Shown: positions 54,751 to 58,712 of the stretch, piece after piece
Layout: each line of letters begins with the position of its first letter
Position numbering within the stretch: the first letter of the stretch is position 1
Translations under genes and position numbers: made by a program
Notes under the pieces: generated by a model
Databases searched by the model: none
What the model saw: only the letters and a program-made list of their open reading frames with translations
What the model was told of the DNA's origin: nothing
IMG/VR virus record: IMGVR_UViG_3300014962_000008
Location: 1 to 58,712 of that record
Length of the DNA stretch: 58,712 nt
Source: a virus
Lineage: Duplodnaviria > Caudoviricetes
Reading direction: 5' to 3' (one strand)

Positions 54751-55003
54751 TGTCCGACACTCCCTTGATCTTTCCCCACTCGCGCACCGCGAAGGCTCCG
54801 GCGATAGCGGTGACTAGGAGAGACAGGCCGGTGAGATCCGTGCTTGGCATCTCGTCGTGCTTGAACAGGCGGTAGAGAGGCACGATCACGCCATGTACAG
54901 CCATGGTGCCTGCGATCCAGACACAGGTCACCGGGCGCCACCACTTGCGGATGACGCACAGGGCGACTTTCTCGCCCGCAAGGAGACGTTCCTTTAGGGT
55001 CAT
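54743..55003 (-). CDS. Holin-like membrane protein
   Basis: WRP motif, two TM segments, REWGKIKGV end; between endolysin and spanins. Confidence 0.7.
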   Translation of the reverse strand: MTLKERLLAGEKVALCVIRKWWRPVTCVWIAGTMAVHGVIVPLYRLFKHDEMPSTDLTGLSLLVTAIAGAFAVREWGKIKGVSDNA

Positions 55004-55482
55004 GCCTCGTTCGTCGATACGACGCCCCCTGCCCGGCGCACGGGACCGCCAACGACCGGCACGTCCTTCGGCCAGCGAATTGCGATGCAGCGAGCCTTGG
55101 CCAGCTTCATGATGTTTACGGCGTTCCCTTGGTTGCCGCCCAACACGTAGAAATAGGTGTTATCCTCGCCAACGTAGAAGCCAACGTGCCCGCCGCCCTG
55201 CCGCGCAAAGACGAGGACGGCACCGGGCGCAACGTGTGTGCTGCGCAGATTGGAGCCCCAGTCAGCCCACGCCTTGGCGCGCATCCAGTCCTTGGGCAGC
55301 GGCAGGTTCGCCTGACGCATGCAGTGCGCCACGAAGACGCCGCACCACGGGGTCTCGTCGTCCCGCCACCACGCCTTGAGGCGCTCCAGCCAGCCGAGGA
55401 TTACGGCGTTGTGACGCGCGCCGGGGACTTCTTTAAGCCCAACGTGCTTGCGTGCCTCAACTAACCATGCTGGCTCAGTCAC
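55000..55482 (-). CDS. Endolysin candidate, TIGR02594-type NlpC/P60 peptidase
   Basis: GTG 55482; DDETPWCG, GGGHVGF, LGGNQ. Confidence 0.85.
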   Translation of the reverse strand: MTEPAWLVEARKHVGLKEVPGARHNAVILGWLERLKAWWRDDETPWCGVFVAHCMRQANLPLPKDWMRAKAWADWGSNLRSTHVAPGAVLVFARQGGGHVGFYVGEDNTYFYVLGGNQGNAVNIMKLAKARCIAIRWPKDVPVVGGPVRRAGGVVSTNEA

Positions 55483-55492
55483 CGCCTTCTCC

Positions 55493-55807
55493 CTAAAGGC
55501 CAGCCGACTTGGCAATGAGGACTGCGCCTGCTCCGGCGAGGCCCACAAGCCCGCGATCCACCCACTTAGCGACTTCAGTGTATTGAGGCCTTTGCTCGGC
55601 ATAGGTCTTCTCCATGGCGGTCAGGCGATCCTCGATCTTGCCGATAGCCTTGAAGGCACGCTCCAACGCCTCTGCGGTCTGCGCCTGACGCTCCTCAACG
55701 AGGGCCAGCTTCGTGATGGCTTCGGACAACTTGTTAAGCGCGGATTTCACCTCCGTGACATCCGTATGAAGTGCTTCAAGTTTGACCGTGAGTACATTGT
55801 CAATCAC
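55493..55807 (-). CDS. Coiled-coil protein with C-terminal TM (holin/XhlA-like)
   Basis: KLALVEERQ coil plus hydrophobic C-terminus; upstream of the endolysin. Confidence 0.65.
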   Translation of the reverse strand: MIDNVLTVKLEALHTDVTEVKSALNKLSEAITKLALVEERQAQTAEALERAFKAIGKIEDRLTAMEKTYAEQRPQYTEVAKWVDRGLVGLAGAGAVLIAKSAGL

Positions 55808-55818
55808 CGCTACCGCCC

Positions 55819-56178
55819 CTACTTCAGGTTACGCAATTTGTAGATCGTTGACAGGTACACATCGGTGACGCCGTCGATCAGGTTAGCAACGGCACGATTG
55901 CCCTTGCAGATTTCTTCGTGGTGCTCTTCGATCCACTCGGCATCACCCTCCAGTACGGACAGCACTTCGCTGCCAGCCTTGGGCGCGGGGATGTTGCCGA
56001 TCAGGTCAAACGCGCCCTGATACGCCTCGACAAGTCGGTCGATGGCGTCGATCACATCATCATAGAAACTGCCCAGCGCCTGATGCTTGGCATAGCTGCC
56101 GGTACCTGTGGCGCGCCAATGCTCAAAGTGCGCGAGGTTGCGGGCGTAGAAGACCCGGCTGATCAGTTGCTCGATCAC
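55819..56178 (-). CDS. Ferritin/Dps-like small protein (DUF5856-type)
   Basis: HFEHW..SYAKHQALGSFYD..DRLVEAYQG..TIYKLRNLK. Confidence 0.75.
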   Translation of the reverse strand: MIEQLISRVFYARNLAHFEHWRATGTGSYAKHQALGSFYDDVIDAIDRLVEAYQGAFDLIGNIPAPKAGSEVLSVLEGDAEWIEEHHEEICKGNRAVANLIDGVTDVYLSTIYKLRNLK

Positions 56179-56777
56179 AGGTCGATCCTTTCAGTCACAA
56201 CGATCGCAGACGGAACGGCAGGGGCGATAGCCCCGGCTGCCGTGTGCTCAAGAGTTACGGCCACGTTTTCCGGCAGCCACATGACCTCAATGTATTGCCC
56301 CGCCGTTACGGTAACGTAAAACACAGATGAGAAAAATGCGTTTCCGCCATCGCCTGCCTTGGGGACAGTTATCTTGGTCGCAGAGGCGGCGATTGCTGTG
56401 CCTTGCTTAGCAAGCCATACGGTCGCGTCGTGGTCGGAGGCATCGCTGTTTGCAAACTGCAGGCTCGGAGAGATCATGTACGTTCCGGCTTCCGCATACG
56501 TGATGCGGGTGAGCGCCGAGCCATTTGTGACGACCGTTACACCCTTGGTGTTGATGTCATTGGTGCCAAACTTGACAGCCGTGGCCGCGCTGACACTTCC
56601 GGTCTGGTCCGTGACATCGTAAAACGCACCGTACTTGGTCCCCGCGTAGGCAATGTCCTCGCTGGCGGTATTGACGCTGTTGTAGACGCCGCCGGATAGC
56701 TGGGAGACCTCGAGCAATTCTGCCCCGGTAAGGGGCGTAGATGCTGGCGTCAGTTCGCTAATTTTCTTCGTAGCCAT
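56175..56777 (-). CDS. Virion structural protein
   Basis: MATKKISEL anchor, YGAFYD.T.Q, C1q-like beta-sandwich pattern. Confidence 0.75.
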   Translation of the reverse strand: MATKKISELTPASTPLTGAELLEVSQLSGGVYNSVNTASEDIAYAGTKYGAFYDVTDQTGSVSAATAVKFGTNDINTKGVTVVTNGSALTRITYAEAGTYMISPSLQFANSDASDHDATVWLAKQGTAIAASATKITVPKAGDGGNAFFSSVFYVTVTAGQYIEVMWLPENVAVTLEHTAAGAIAPAVPSAIVVTERIDL

Positions 56778-56796
56778 GTCTTAACTCCTAAGCGTA

Positions 56797-56836
56797 ACGA
56801 CGCCGACGGCTGGGGAGGGGCAGCCGCCGACGCCGC
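56797..56836 (-). other. 16-bp hairpin with CCCCUCCC loop in a 120-nt intergenic region
   Basis: Minus strand gcggcgtcggcggctg-cccctccc-cagccgtcggcgtcgt; fully paired only on the minus strand (four G-U pairs). Confidence 0.6.
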
Positions 56837-56897
56837 CACACGGCAAGTGGAGCGAACCTGTAGCCGTAGTGGTTCGGGATTTGCTCCGTTGCATCTC

Positions 56898-57125
56898 TTA
56901 CGGCTCCAGCGGCGTGTCGGGGCGCGGAAAGCGCACGCTGATGTTTTCCGTCTGCCGGGCTGGCAGTCGGTACGGGTCGTAATCGTCAAGGTCGGCTGCA
57001 CAGACGCGCAAACCGGGGTAATTCGGATCGGGCATCAGTTCGTCAAGCGGAAACTTGCGAGAGCAGCGCCCGCAGATGCCTATGGCGAGGGTCGCGTTGC
57101 CCGTGGTGTCGAGGAAGACTGCCAT
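56898..57125 (-). CDS. Small Cys-containing conserved phage protein
   Basis: ICGRCS...LRVC..D.D..DP...PRPD. Confidence 0.8.
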   Translation of the reverse strand: MAVFLDTTGNATLAIGICGRCSRKFPLDELMPDPNYPGLRVCAADLDDYDPYRLPARQTENISVRFPRPDTPLEP

Positions 57126-57128
57126 GGC

Positions 57129-58115
57129 TTACCTCGTGTAGGCCCCGATGGACGGGGCAATGTTGATCGGAGAATTGTCGCGCTCTTCCTGCTGCGCCAT
57201 GTACAGGGTCTGCTGCGCCTTGGCCTCAAGCATGGGAGCCATCTGCGCGTCCACCTCGACGAACTCCATGGCAAGCTTTGCGGCGAGCATGGCTACGATC
57301 GTCTCATACCAGCGCTGCGGAACCTCGATTTCCTGCGTCATGGTGCCCACATCCATGATGTGGCGGTGCGACCAGACTACAATCTGCATGACTTCGGCAG
57401 CCTGATTAGGCACCGGCCAGAGGTTCATGACCGGCGAAAGCGACTGGCGGTCAAGCCAATATTGCAGGGGGCGGTTACTCTGGAACGTCTTGTTGGGGAG
57501 GTTGGTGTAGTCGTCCCGGTTCAGACGAGCCAGCGGGATTTCCGTCGGCGTGTTCCCGAGGTATATCTGGCTGAAGTCTAGAATGCCGCTGGTTGCCCGC
57601 ACGCGGAAATAGTTTGCCGCAACGACGCTGTCTAGATCGTACCAAGACCACTCCCCGACACCTTCATTCGGCACTTCAGCCTGAATGATAGTCCACGTCA
57701 AGCCATCGTCCGAGCGGGAAAACTCAATGGGGGCGGAGGGGCCAGCCCACCGCACGCCGACCGTGCTGACCTGCGTTGGCGATGCGAACTCGGTCACCTG
57801 CGTTGTGGCAGTCACCGTATCGGTGCCGCTTACTTCCTGCAGCCAGCGCAGGTTGGCGTTCAGGATGTCAACGGTGCCGCTCTGGGTCGTGATGTAGTTG
57901 GTGCCATCATACAGCGGGTAGATGGTCTTTTGGATACACCAGAGGGGCGCGCCCTGATTGGCGAGATCCGACAGCATGAGGTACAGCGCGTCGTTGGCGA
58001 TGTCCACATGCTCGGCGCTCAGGCTTTGCGCAGGCATCTTGCACCGGCGAGCGGCATGCTCAATCACGCGGCGCGTGTTGAACGTCGTCTGAGATACAGT
58101 GCCGGAATAGGCCAT
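57129..58115 (-). CDS. Head completion / adaptor protein
   Basis: ATG 58115; LANQG..LW, LNRDDYTNLPNK..RPLQYW..LWPVP. Confidence 0.8.
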   Translation of the reverse strand: MAYSGTVSQTTFNTRRVIEHAARRCKMPAQSLSAEHVDIANDALYLMLSDLANQGAPLWCIQKTIYPLYDGTNYITTQSGTVDILNANLRWLQEVSGTDTVTATTQVTEFASPTQVSTVGVRWAGPSAPIEFSRSDDGLTWTIIQAEVPNEGVGEWSWYDLDSVVAANYFRVRATSGILDFSQIYLGNTPTEIPLARLNRDDYTNLPNKTFQSNRPLQYWLDRQSLSPVMNLWPVPNQAAEVMQIVVWSHRHIMDVGTMTQEIEVPQRWYETIVAMLAAKLAMEFVEVDAQMAPMLEAKAQQTLYMAQQEERDNSPINIAPSIGAYTR

Positions 58116-58211
58116 AAGATGATCGCTCGCTTGGTCAAGACAGCAGCTCGCCACGGTCGGGCAAGCATCTCTGGCGGTTATCTATGTAGCAAAAGGCTGC
58201 TCCCGTGTAAA

Positions 58212-58712
58212 CTAGCACCCGGGCTGCATTGCTTTTCGGGGTAACTGCTTAATCGTCATGCTGCCGCGCGGAAGCTCCGTTATGGTCATAGCACCGCGGG
58301 GCAGCTCAACAACAGTCATGTCCTGCCGCTGGCAGCGCGGATGGTACGGGATCGGCACCGGACTGCCGCCGGTGATAGAGGCGGCATAGAAGATATTGGT
58401 GTCGGCTATGAACGGCGGATACAGCGGGTTTAAGTTGACCAGATTGACCGGGTAGAACGTGTTGCTGTTGTCTAGCCGCGCCGTCTGGGTCAGCGCAATT
58501 GCGCTGTTCAGCGATGCGGCGTAGAACGTGTTCTGGTTGTCAAAGCGCGCTGGAAGGAGCGTAATCGCGCTGCTCAGGGTGGCTGCGTAGAACGTGTTAG
58601 TATTGTTGAGGCGCGCTGTCTGGGTCAGCGCAATTGCGCTGTTCAGCGATGCGGCGTAGAACGTGTTCTGGTTGTCAAAGCGCGCTGGAAGGAGCGTAAT
58701 CGCGCTGCTCAG
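58212..58712 (-). CDS. 3' part of the repeat-rich virion protein begun at 294
   Basis: Open from the right edge to TAG 58212; ARFDNQNTFYAAS repeats (135-nt double unit); ends with three MTxxxLPR repeats. Confidence 0.85.
   Translation of the reverse strand: MSSAITLLPARFDNQNTFYAASLNSAIALTQTARLNNTNTFYAATLSSAITLLPARFDNQNTFYAASLNSAIALTQTARLDNSNTFYPVNLVNLNPLYPPFIADTNIFYAASITGGSPVPIPYHPRCQRQDMTVVELPRGAMTITELPRGSMTIKQLPRKAMQPGC

Noticed and set aside
58116-58211. Possible late promoter and structured leader upstream of the adaptor gene
   Set aside because: A TTTACA..GCTACAT pattern is plausible, but I found no second copy or strong stem to support a call.

Overview
The window is an essentially complete, circularly permuted ~58.7 kb genome of a tailed dsDNA phage, probably podovirus-like. 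Its host is probably an Alphaproteobacterium, judging from a GapR homologue and a DnaA-domain-IV protein. Both ends fall inside one repeat-rich virion gene, so the assembly broke in that repeat. The minus strand (1-19650 and 39966-58712) carries the late genes: terminase, portal, GroES, scaffold, capsid, adaptor and hub, fibres, ejection proteins and lysis. The plus strand (20045-39973) carries the early and replication genes: many small ORFs, a C5 methyltransferase, a primpol-helicase, an exonuclease, SSB, GapR, family A DNA polymerase, VRR-NUC and a SNF2 helicase. I recognised no integrase, tRNA, CRISPR array or reverse transcriptase. The best candidate for an undescribed system is an RNA-level circuit. 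Six early/middle genes share a 5' leader (ATCAGCAACG..GGAG) that begins at the predicted transcription start. The 155-nt structured leader of the DNA polymerase gene carries the reverse complement of that motif (19/19 nt to one copy) in the loop of a 28-bp hairpin that buries the polymerase ribosome-binding site. Other strong observations are a stand-alone paralogue of the primase-helicase C-terminal domain beside an iteron-like array, a methyltransferase with about ten tandem mini-modules, and an xxKGG motif at domain junctions of several late proteins. All family assignments come from motif recognition by eye; no database search was run.
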